Assembly (NCBI GenBank): GCA_977017645.1
Contig: OZ360241.1
Coordinates: 34,472,001 to 34,536,000, forward strand
Direction: 5' to 3'
DNA length: 64,000 nucleotides
Source of the DNA: Torpedo marmorata
Lineage: Eukaryota
A program made the position numbers and the translations under genes. The notes under the pieces are model-generated. The model had not been told where the DNA came from. It ran no database searches and was given only the letters and a program-made list of their open reading frames with translations. Below, in pieces: positions 12,301 through 24,200 of the stretch (position 1 is the stretch's first letter; each line of letters starts with the position of its first letter).

Positions 12301-15300
12301 AGTGCACAGAAGGTTCACCGGGTTGATTCTGGAAAGAAAGACATTTGCTTGTCTGGAGAGATTGAGTTGCCTGGGCTTAGAAGGACGAGGAGGGATTTTA
12401 TAGAGACATAGAAAATGATGAAAGGAACAAATAAGACTGGACATTTCCTCAAGATTTGGGAGAGTAGATTTATGAAAAAGATAAGAAGAAATTGCCTTTC
12501 CTAGAGAGTAGTGAATCTATGGAATTCTCTGCCCAATGAAGTAGTAGAGGCTATCTCACTGAATGTATTTAAAGCACAGATAGATTTTTGGAGAATAGGG
12601 GAATTAGCAGCTAAGTGGAGCTGTCTGCGATCAGCGATGATCAGATTGAATGGTGGAGCAGACTCGGCACCCAGACGGCCTCCCCCTGCTAATTTTTTAT
12701 GTCCTTATGTCATGGGAAATAAAATCAGTTCATTTCCTGGCCAATAAATCTGAAATAGTTCAGATGCAAAAACTCAACAATGTATTCGTACATTTTCCTT
12801 CATAACTTGCACTAAAATTATTAGAATCATTTTCTGGTTTCTCCTGTACAATCAAATGACTTTAAATTCTGTTGGGGCAGGGGCATAGTGACCGATCAGA
12901 GGGTAGCAGCAACAGCGAGGTTAGTGGCACCATGATTGGCTCTGATGTATGGAGAGAAGTTGGATCGGCTTTTTTCTATCAAGCACAGAAGACTGAGGGA
13001 TGACCTTAGTGAGATATATAAAATTATGATATATAAAACCATGAATGCTCAGTCTATTTTACAGTGAGAGGAGAGGGATTTAAGAGGGACCTGAAGGACA
13101 ACTTTATTCACTCAAATGATAATCTGTATCTGGAACAAGCTGCCAGAGGAAGCTATAGAATTGAACTATTTAAAAGACTACTGCATTTGCTCTTCTGTTA
13201 CTTAATCTTTCCTCATATAATTACTATTCCAGCAACAAACAAAGCATCATCAAGTGCACAAACAACCACCATTGCAATGGCTTCTACATCGGCTCCGACA
13301 ATAACTTCAGAAGCATTCATGACAAGCAGCACTAGTGAATTTATGACTGAATCTGGCACTGCTTTCACTGCAACACCATCTGCAACCACTGGTGAGTACT
13401 GTGTGACATAGTGAAAGGAATCGCTCTCAGTCCATTTCACATTATGTCATCCTGAAATAATTGAGATGCAACTGAACAAGGCTTTCATCCACTTTGCTTC
13501 ATAAATTCCAGTGAAAAGCAAATGTGAATAACATTTCCTGCTTTCTTCTGTTCAAAGAGGAAAGCTGACTCGGCTTTCCAAGTATTCAACACATTATTGT
13601 ATTGAAACAGAAAACTAGAATTGCACCTCATTTGCAATTTCTGCATTTGCTCTTCTGACCTTAAACCTTCCCTCAACATTACAACTCCACTATTCTAGCA
13701 ACAACTGAAACATTGAGAAGTTCAGAGATAACATCAACAACAACAGAAATGACAACTATAGGCCGCACTAGTGCATTAACAACTGAAACTACATCCACCT
13801 CCACGACAGCATCATCTACAACAATAGGTGCGTACTGTACAACAAAGTGATGGGAAATAACATCAGTTCATTTCACCTCATGTAATTCGGAAACAACTGA
13901 TGAAAACTGATGATTTTTTGGACTGACAAGATGGATGCTGGCATGAAATAAGTCAAGTCATAAGAAACAGGAGTAAAACATGAACGTCTGCAGACACCGT
14001 GGTTGAAGTAAAAACACAATGCTGGAGAAACTCAGCAGGTCAAACTTTATATGGCAAAGATAAAGATACATAACCAACGTTTCGGGCTTGAGCCCTTCAT
14101 CAAGGAATGGAAAAATGTCGGCAGCCACCCAAATATACCCAATTGACCTACATCCACTGTACATTTCTGAACAGTGGGAGGAAACTGGAGGAAACCCATG
14201 CAGACACAGGGAGAACGAACAAACTCCTGACAGACAGCATGCGATTTGAACCATGGTTCCAGTCGCTGGTGCTGTAGCAGCATTGTGCTAACCACTACGC
14301 TAACTGTGTCACGCTTTGTAGGCAGGCACCATAACCAACATTTCAGGCCTGAGCCCTTCATCAAGGTATGATCAAAATGTAGGCAGGAGCCCGAGTTCAG
14401 GCACCTGTCTACTTTATGCTCATACCTTGATGAAGGGCTCAAGCCCGAAACATTGGTTATGTATCTTTATCTTTGCCATATAAATATAGGTAAAGTAAAG
14501 ACTGCCTTCCTGTTTCATGGTCATTGGTGTAACAATGTGAATTAACTATCTTGTACTGCACAATTATCATCCATTTCAACACCACCAGTAACGGAAACAT
14601 CTTCCTCATCAATTCAAACATTTACAAATGTACATGGATCAAGGTCAGCAATAATAGTGACCTCCAATGAAGCATCCAGCCTAATAACAGGTGAAGAAAG
14701 GATTTCTGGAGAGATGTTACCATTACCTTGGTGTTTCTGCCCAGAAAGCACATTTTAATGCAATCATTTAAAATTCTTATTTGAATTGAAATATCCCTTC
14801 AGTTTAAAAAATATGTAGGTCAAGATCAAACCAGGGTCCCTGGAGCTGTGAAGCAAGAGCACTAATTGTACTTCATGATATCATTGTGGTGTAAAATTGG
14901 GGGAATATGCCATGCAATAATCCCAATAGATTGAAAGAGACAAATGATTCATTTGAAAGACCGAGTCTCCATTTTATTGGGAAAGTGAGCTGCAGTCTGC
15001 TGATCCAGACCATACACCCTGGGCCAGAAAGAAGCAAGAATGACAGGAATGCATAATGTTTCTGTGGAAACTGAATGGATGTCTTATCATGATATTTTGA
15101 AGGCTTGGCCACATTTATGAGGTTCAGCATGCCGCAGGTGGGCATATAGACACTTTTGAATGGAATTAAATTGGGAAGCTTTGCATGTTTCCAGTGAAGG
15201 CAATGAATTCTTGGGATTATAGGAAGATCGGACAAATTTACTGACCTTTTTGGAAATGAAAAAGGAAGGTTCTTCTTTGGATCTCCTTTAATTTTCATTA

Positions 15301-18300
15301 TCCTATTTGAACAAGGTTTTTCGTTTAAACTTAATTTTACTTTGTATCTCTTTCTATTTTAGTGGAACCCCCGATTGTACCTAAGACGGTCAAACCAATC
15401 GAAACTCAGAGAAAACTATTTAACATCACATTCAATGTGCTAACACTACCATTCACAGCAAGTCTACAAAATTTGAGTTCCCCATTACATCAGAATGAAG
15501 CACGGAACATTCTTAATGAGGTAAACATAGTATGTATGATATGGATAGAAAATGTGATATTTCATTTTACTTTTTATACTAAAATGTGACATTTTAATTT
15601 CCTGCAGCTCAATAATCTGTATGCCAACAGCAATGTAAATTTGACATTCTCTAGATGTCAGTCTGTATCTTTCAGGTGAGTAATTATTACTTTGAAAGTT
15701 CCAAATTAGCATGAATACAAACATATATTCATGCAAAACAGTCTGTATTTTGAATATTACTAAGAACAAGCCACACTACCCTCTCTGCCACAATCTTATG
15801 AGTTAATTTCCTAAGTGCATTATCATACTCAAGTGTTGATTTATATCTTGATTAATGCTGACAGTTCTGACTTGAATTACTGGCATGGAGCAATTTAATT
15901 CGCATTAAGTCAGCAGCCTCAGACAAACCCGGACATACTGGATATAGACAGCTTTGGAAAGTCCAAATTTGTCAATTCACTCCAACATTCACGTTGACAT
16001 GGAGTTTATTGGTGCCAGTCTTGCTAAGAGATGCCAGCATTTTGCTGGGCAGTAGCCTCCTGGATACTGTGGAAGTTTAAACCTGGGACAGTACTTGAGA
16101 ACCAGCTGATATCATTGGGAGTTGTAGGGCTAGCGAATAGGAAACGGGAAAAGATAAGTTTGTTATGATTAATTTAATGAACCATTTTCCATATTTAAAA
16201 TATTATAACTTTTTTTACAAATCATTTGCTCTATTTTTCATTAATTTTAAATATCTTGGGAGAACACAGAAATTTACAGACTATTGAAATACTCTTACAG
16301 TTTTTACAGCCAACATCACAACAGGCAGAATTGTCAATAGTTGCCGTGGTGCTTTGTAGGTGGGGCTTGCTCACTGTGTCACTTTAGGCCCCACCACCAT
16401 TTGGACTGGGCTGACAGAGTCCTGGGATTCCTCAGGTCAACCAGACCTGAGAAGTACAGAGATGGGGAGATAACAGGCAGTGATGCCAGGCTAGTGGATT
16501 GGTTCACTAGTGGATTGGTCCAGCAAGACCTGAACTATCATGTAATATCATCTTATTGGAGAAAAATAATCATACAGAAAACTGAAAGCATTGAAAATAC
16601 TCAGCAGGTTCGGCAATATGTACGAAGAGAGAAACTATATCAGCATTTCAGGTTGATTACTGAATAAATGTTCAGTTGATTTTAGAAATCTATCCTTTGA
16701 ATGATGTCTATAATAATATATCTTGATACCATTATCTGGTATTCAATTATTTGGTTTTGGTTGAAAAATTTATAACAAATTATAAATTACAGATCTGCCG
16801 GTGACGGTATTAGCACAGTTGAGGCAATATGTATTTTCAAAATCCTTGCTTCTGGCCAGAAAGTCAATAAAGTTCAACTCTACCGTGAATTTCAAAACAA
16901 CTCAGAGGATATCACCATCTTGGGATCATATAGACTGGACAGCAACAGCCTTTTTGTGGATGGTATATTCATATTAATTAAATATCCATTTATTTTTACA
17001 CTGTTACCTATTGGTATTTTTATTTTCATGTACCTCTCTCCCAAATTGTTATTCCCAAATCTCTCTTTTCCTTGTGATGTTCTCACCTGCTTCATTCTCA
17101 TTCCTGGTTTTCAGGGCTGCTCTTCCTGTTCTGCTGCCTGCCCCTCCCAGTCTGCTGCCTTTCCCTCCTTGTCTGATGCCTGTCCCTCCCTGTCTCTCCC
17201 TGTCTGCTGCCTGTCCCTCCCAGTCTGATGCCTGTCCCTCCCAGTCTGATGCCTGTCCCTCCCAGTCTGCTGCCTGTCCCTCCCTGTCTGCTGCCTGTCC
17301 CTCGCTGTCTGCTGCCTGTCCCTTCCTGTCTGCTGCCTGTCCCTCCCAGTCTCTCCCTGTTCCTCCCAGTCTGCTGCCTGTCCCTTCCTGTCTGCTGCCT
17401 GTCCCTTCCTGTCTGCTGCCTGTTCCTCCCAGTCTGCTGCCTGTCCCTTCCTGTCTGCTGCCTGTCCCTCCCAGTCTGCTGCCTGACCCTCCCTGTTTGC
17501 TGCCTGTCCCTCCCAGTCTGCTGCCTGTCCCTCGCAGTCTGCTGCCTGCCCCTCTTGTTCAGGTGCCTGTCCCTCGCTGTCTGCTGCCTGTCCCTTCCTG
17601 TCTGCTGCCTGTCCCTCCCAGTATGCTGCCTGACCCTCCCTGTCTGCTGCCTGACCCTCCCTGTTTGCTGCCTGACCCTCCCTGTTTGCTGCCTGTCCCT
17701 CCCAGTCTGCTGCCTGCCCCTCTTGTTCAGGTGCCTGTCCCTCGCTGTCTGCTGCCTGTCCCTTCCTGTCTGATGACTGTCCCTCGCTGTCTGCTGCCTG
17801 TTCCTTCCTGTCTGATGCCTGTCCCTCCCTGTCTGATGCTAGTCCCCCCCCTCTCTGTGCCTATCCCTCCCTGCCTGCTGCCTGTCATCTAAAGCTGAGC
17901 ATAAAATAAATTTCCTCACTCAAAAGTATTACAAAATTTTGCATTTTTTCCCTGTCATCTCCCATCATTAAACACATTGAAGATTTTGATTAATAGATAC
18001 TTGAATACTACATAAATCAAGAAGAGAGTGATTGGGTGAAGAAATAGAGTTGACATGAATCATCAGCCATGGTTCAATAAGAATGGCAGAGCTGGCTCTA
18101 AAGGGCAAATGGTTTGTTCTTGCTCAGCCTCTCCTTTCATTGCTGCCTGATCTGTTAACTCCTCTTGTCTCTTGCTCTGCTAGCCCATGCTCTTAAAGTC
18201 CTGGCCTGTTGCCAGATATTCATGCCTGACTTGCTATCTCTGCTTTTCTATTGCTCCCATGACCTTGAGTGCATGTGAATCTGGTAACATTCTCCCCATC

Positions 18301-21221
18301 AAAATCATAAGTAATTGCAACTTATTGAAAAGCAGTTTAACGAACTTAAGTCATGCTTTTCAAACAGGATTTTATTTTTTTCAGGTTACCACGAGTCAGC
18401 CGTTTTAACAAGTAAGTGTAATCATTTGATCTCTCTTTAGTTAACATTACCTGAACAAGATGAAAATGAACTTGGACAATACTTCTCCACAAAATTAAAA
18501 GTGAACAAGTCATACAAGTAACTTCACAGTAGCCTAGTCTGAGACAGGGATCACATTCTTTGTTTGGGAGGCTTAGTAAAATCTTATAGATGTATCTCAA
18601 ACATAGAAAATGTATCTGAATCTCAACAGAACATTAGGAGCAGCTTCTACAAACTGATGCAGACAATTCCATCTCCTACAAGGGGAGTTCTGGTTGAAAT
18701 TACACAAATAATGGACAAACTACAGGATTTCAACAGTATAGAATGTAATTTAACAACGTACAATAGAGACCAACAACATGCTAAATTACACTCCTACATA
18801 ATAGAAATTCCCAGGTCAACTATCTTCTGGATGGGTTACAAAAATATCAGGAACAGGACTTTTTATTATCCTTGGTTGAACATTTTCTCCTTAATGTTAA
18901 CAGCAAAACCACCAATTCAGACCACATCTCCAGTTTTCCCGATGAATCCCTTTGAATTTAACGTGACCTTCGTTATAACTAACTTGGCCTCAACAGTGGA
19001 CTTACAAAATCCAAATTCTTCGTTGTTCAAATCTGCTACACGTCTTATTGTTGCCCAGGTCAGTTGACAATTTAATGATTGAGACAATTAAATGATTACT
19101 TGTACTTTATTTCATCTAACAATCCAACGGTTACTTTCCCACAGCTCAGCCAAATGTATAACGACAGTAATATCCAAAAAACATTCTCAAGGTGCAAAGT
19201 TCTCTCGTTCAGGTAAGGGATCTTGATAATCATCCTTATAAGTTCATGCTTCAACAGGTGTGTTTTTAGTTTTGTAAAATGACTTGAAACTGCAAAAGCA
19301 TTCCCATTTGCCCATGATAATTCCATCGTAAAAGTGGAAGGTTACATAAGATATTGATTCTGTGAAAATTGATTTGAAAAGCAAATTCGTGCATTTGCAG
19401 AGAGTAACACAATGTCCATGCTGGTGCTTGCAAATTCCTCATGTGCCAAATGCATAATTGTGAGCAGGAGAGTGGATGTGCACTGCCACATCCTGAGGAG
19501 GTAAGCAAACATCAGCACAGCACTTCCAGATTCCACAGGACATCTGCATGTTCCAAAGATATCGCTCTCTACTCAGGCAAGTGCTGCCCTTGAGTGCTTG
19601 TAAGTCCAGCCACAACATTACTTAAGAGGAACACGCTACTGCTCCATCGATAACAGCATAGGCGTATCTAGGGTATGGCAGCCAGGGCACGTGCCCTGGG
19701 TGCCACTTGAAGGGGGGGTGTCACTGTCCTCACTTCTCCCGCCGATCCTAGCCCCGGCCGTCCATCCGTTTCCACCCCCCCCCCCCATCTAACTCCCGAC
19801 GACGCCTGACCGTCCCAGGATCGAGCTGTGTGTCGCTATTTTTGGCATACTTTTCAATTTAAAAAGGTGTAAAATTTGCTAAAAGTATAACTTTTGAAAT
19901 AATGTGCATATAATGGAATTTCGAGAAATAAAAGAAACTGAAAACAATATAAAAAAGCGAATTAAAAACCAATTTCAAAGAAAAAGTGAAGCCAAGGGGC
20001 AGGCTTCAAATAATTTTTTGCATTTGGCTTTTTTAAATCCAAGCGCCTTGATAATCATTTTACCCATTGAAAGAGTACAAGATCTTTCGGTGTTAAGGCT
20101 TGAGTCTTGATAGAGTTTCAGCTCGAAAATTCGACAATTATTTTTCTCCCGCTGATGCTTGACCCGCTGAGTTTGTCCTGTAAATTATATTTAGATATAG
20201 ATTACAGCATCTGCAGTCTCCTGTGTGACTTTAGTTCCCTTGCTGTTCGCAAGAGTTACAATAAAACTCTGCAAACCGCTAATTGTTTGGCATATGGTTG
20301 AAAAGTGACTTTTACAGGACTCCCTCCAAACTCTTTGAGGACCCCGTTCACGTGTTTCCTTGACTAATTGGGCTGTTACCCTTGGAACTAAACCACGGCC
20401 CTATTACTTGCACTCACTTGAAATTCTCAGGGGTCCTGTTTCCACCACACTCCCTTGAACTTCAATAGGCCACTGTTTCCAATGCTCGCTATAAACTCTC
20501 TTGTTTCACTGGAAAATGTATTATACCACTGTGTATCATCTTTAAAACGTGAATTAAAAGTGTGTTGGTGTGTGAAAAGGGTAATATACTATAATCTGAA
20601 GAATTACCATTTCACCACTGTATTGTGAAGGATCGTGGCTGTCACGTGACAGCACTGCCCACTAACTGGTTGGAAAATACACCACCTGACAATGAAGGTT
20701 TGGCCCTGCCCCACACATTAGTGCACCCCTTGCCGTTGGCCAATTTAAATCCCTTTGTACTTGGCCTTGGGCCATTGGCCTTTGTAATCGGCTTAACCGT
20801 AATGGCACCGAGCCATTGGCCCCCTGTAAATTACCTGGTCTGGACTTCCCAGCCCACCTGGACTTGGCCTTGGGCCATTGGCTGTTGTAATTGGCTAAAC
20901 CATGCTGGCACCGAGCCATTGGCCCCCTGTAAATGACCTGGGCTGGACCCAACGCCCCAGCCCAGCCCTCCAGCACTATAAAGGGCGCAACGTGTGCTTG
21001 AATCGCCCTCTCTGCCATCTTGGGATCACCCTGCTTCACTCCAGTCCTAGAACTGTGAAACGGCGCTGGAGAAATTGTTGGTAAGATGTGCACTCTGTTA
21101 AAGGGTTGGGAGTGTTTAATTTGTGTCCCTAGTACTAGTACCATAGAGCCGTGCCTGCACTGAGTAAAGGGGTGGCAGGCATCGTATTGGTTTTCCTTGA
21201 TTGTTGTATGTACCCAGTTTG

Positions 21222-21278
<57 letters not shown>

Positions 21279-24200
21279 CGAGTGTGTGTGTGTGTGTGTG
21301 TGTATTTCATCCCCGCTGCGATTTTCCCTCGTTCGTCTATAATTTGTACGCGTGTGTTTCATTGCCGATGCGATTTTCCCACGCTCGCTATAAATTGTGC
21401 TCGTGAGTTTATTGCCGGTGCGACTTTCCCACACTCGCTATAAATTGTGCGCATATGTGTAAGTACGTTTTAACGGGTAGGGTGCAATTTCAGTGCTTGC
21501 CATAGGCGCTATTTTCCCTAGATACGCCACTGGATAACAGTGCCCGAAAATACATCCAATTCTCTGACATGTAATGTGCTTCCCCAATATCATAACTCAA
21601 TCTTGTGCAAAAGTATTACTTTTTTCTGAGCAAATAACTTTTCAGAACAAATTAATTTCTCAGAAACACAACAACACGAGAAGGCATGGACTTATATGGC
21701 AAATCTAATTCAAACTAATGGTTTAAACTATTTCAGAATATCAACAGAAATTGATATTACTTGAAATAAATTGATAACATGGATGATATCTCTGCCCCAA
21801 CATTTTAAATGAATCCAGAAAAATGTATGAAATCTTAAGTCATGCATTTGCAGGTTACTTGAATTGTCTCTCCATCTATTCCACAGCCAAGGAAATGCAC
21901 AAAGCACCAGAGTGTATGCAAACTGCACTTTCAGCAATGACTCTGATCCTCAGGAGGTTAACAGTGTTACATTGTACAATGAGTTCAGAAAGGACACCAA
22001 CGGCATCACCTCCTTTCCACCGTATTCACTGGACAGTAACAGCCTCTATGTGAATGGTATTTATCACCAAAAGGAATTGCCTATTCTTTTCTGATTTATT
22101 ACACAACGGTGACCAAATGCAAAAAAATTATTAAATTTTCAATTTTATTCCTTTATTTAATGATATTTCACCTGCTACATGAAGACTATCCTTTATTGTT
22201 TCAGGTTACCATGAATCCACGCTCTCAACCAGTGAGTACAGCTTTGTTTCTATATTTCACTACATCTTCCCTTTTTACCAGTAGGTAATCACTATAAATA
22301 TCCTGCATTAAATACTCCCTAAATGTGGTCAAATTACAGAATCTCCTTGGTCATGATGCATTGATGGCAAGTGTGTAACAATAGAAAGACAATGTGATGT
22401 GACCATCCCAATGCTTTCAGCACCGTTGCTGGCCATACATTCCTTCGTGGATCATAAAATAGTGACCATTATTACGGCCCCCAGAATGGTGCAGTAATGC
22501 AGTCACCCTTCCATCTGTGTTTGTACCATGTTGCACTGCTTATGGGCCTTCTTGCTCTACAAAACGCAAAGGAAATGAACGAGTGTTTTGATGATTGGAT
22601 GAGGATCAGCACAGAAGGCTGAGGGGTGACCTTAGTGAGATATATAAAATAATGAGCGACATGAATAAAGTGAATGCTCAGTCTTTTTTTTACAGTGAGA
22701 GGAGAGGGATTTAAGAGGGACCTGAAGGACAACTTTTTTCACTCAAATGATAATCTGTGTCTGGAACAAGCTGCCAGAGGAAGCTATAGAATGGAACCAT
22801 TTAAAAGACTACTGCATTTGCTCTTCTGTTACTTAATCTTTCCTCATATAATTACTATTCCAGCAACAAACAAAGCATCATCAAGTGCACAAACAACCAC
22901 CATTGCAATGGCTTCTACATCGGCTCCGACAATAACTTCAGAAGCATTCATGACAAGCAGCACTAGTGAATTTATGACTGAATCTGGCACTGCTTTCACT
23001 GCAACACCATCTGCAACCACTGGTGAGTACTGTGTGACATCGTGAAAGGAATCGCTCTCAGTCCATTTCACATTATGTCATCCTGAAATAATTGAGATGC
23101 AACTGATCAAGGCTTTCATCCACTTTGCTTCATAAATTCCAGTGAAAAGCAAATGTGAATAACATTTCCTGCTTTCTTCTGTTCAAAGAGCAAAGCTGAC
23201 TCGGCTTTCCAAGTATTCAACACATTATTGTTGAAACAGAAAACTAGAATTGCACCTCATTTGCAATTTCTGCATTTGCTCTTCTGACCTTAAACCTTCC
23301 CTCAACATTACATCTCCACTATTCTAGCAACAACTGAAACATTGAGAAGTTCAGAGATAACATCAACAACAACAGAAATGACAACTATAGGCCGCACTAG
23401 TGCATTAACAACTGAAACTACATCCACCTCCACGACAGCATCATCTACAACAATAGGTGCGTACTGTACAACAAAGTGATGGGAAATAACATCAGTTCAT
23501 TTCGCCTCATGTAATTCGGAAACAACTGATGAAAACTGATGATTTTTTGGACTGACAAGATGGATGCTGGCATGAAATAAGTCAAGTCATAAGAAACAGG
23601 AGTAAAACATGAACGTCTGCAGACACCGTGGTTGAAGTAAAAACACAATGCTGGAGAAACTCAGCAGGTCAAACTTTATATGGCAAAGATAAAGATACAT
23701 AACCAACGTTTCGGGCTTGAGCCCTTCATCAAGGAATGGAAAAATGTCGGCAGCCACCCAAATATACCCAATTGACCTACATCCACTGTACATTTTTGAA
23801 CAGTGGGAGGAAACTGGAGGAAACCCATGCAGACACGGAGAACGAACAAACTCCTGACAGACAGCATGCGATTCGAACCATGGTTCCAGTCGCTGGCGCT
23901 GGAGCAGCGTTGTGCTAACCACTACGCTAACTGTGTCACGCTTTGTAGGCAGGCACCATAACCAATATTTCGGACTTGAGCCCTTCGTCAAGGTATGATC
24001 AAAATGTAGGCAGGAGCCCGAGTTCAGGCACCTGTCTACTTTATGCTCATACCTTGATGAAGGGCTCAAGCCTGAAACATTGGTTATGTATCTTTATCTT
24101 TGCTATATGAAGTACACTGTTTATCCTGCTGGGTTTCTCCAGCATTGTGTTTTACTCATAAGAAACATGATCAGGAGTCGCCCATCTTGCCTGACGAGCC

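Larger units (their letters stand above)
11430..12710 (+). mobile_element. CR1-type LINE 3' fragment interrupted by a DNA transposon
   Basis: CR1-like acagtgcacagaaggttcacc...gtgaatctatggaattctctgccc...gaatggtggagcagactc...ttatgtccttatgt. Confidence 0.7.

Noticed and set aside
14873-16667. ORFs of 94-141 aa conserved in all four units
   Set aside because: Conservation reflects recent segmental duplication; no recognisable motif, and they overlap introns
17011-17892. Long Cys/Pro/Leu-rich ORFs resembling keratin-associated or metallothionein proteins
   Set aside because: Translation of a 21-bp VNTR that is open in several frames and varies between units
18564-18903. N-terminal extension of the 167-aa ORF (MGGLVKSY...)
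   Set aside because: Intronic read-through; SEA similarity and the acceptor begin at 18904
21116-21443. His-Thr and Cys-Val repeat ORFs
   Set aside because: Translations of the (TG)n microsatellite
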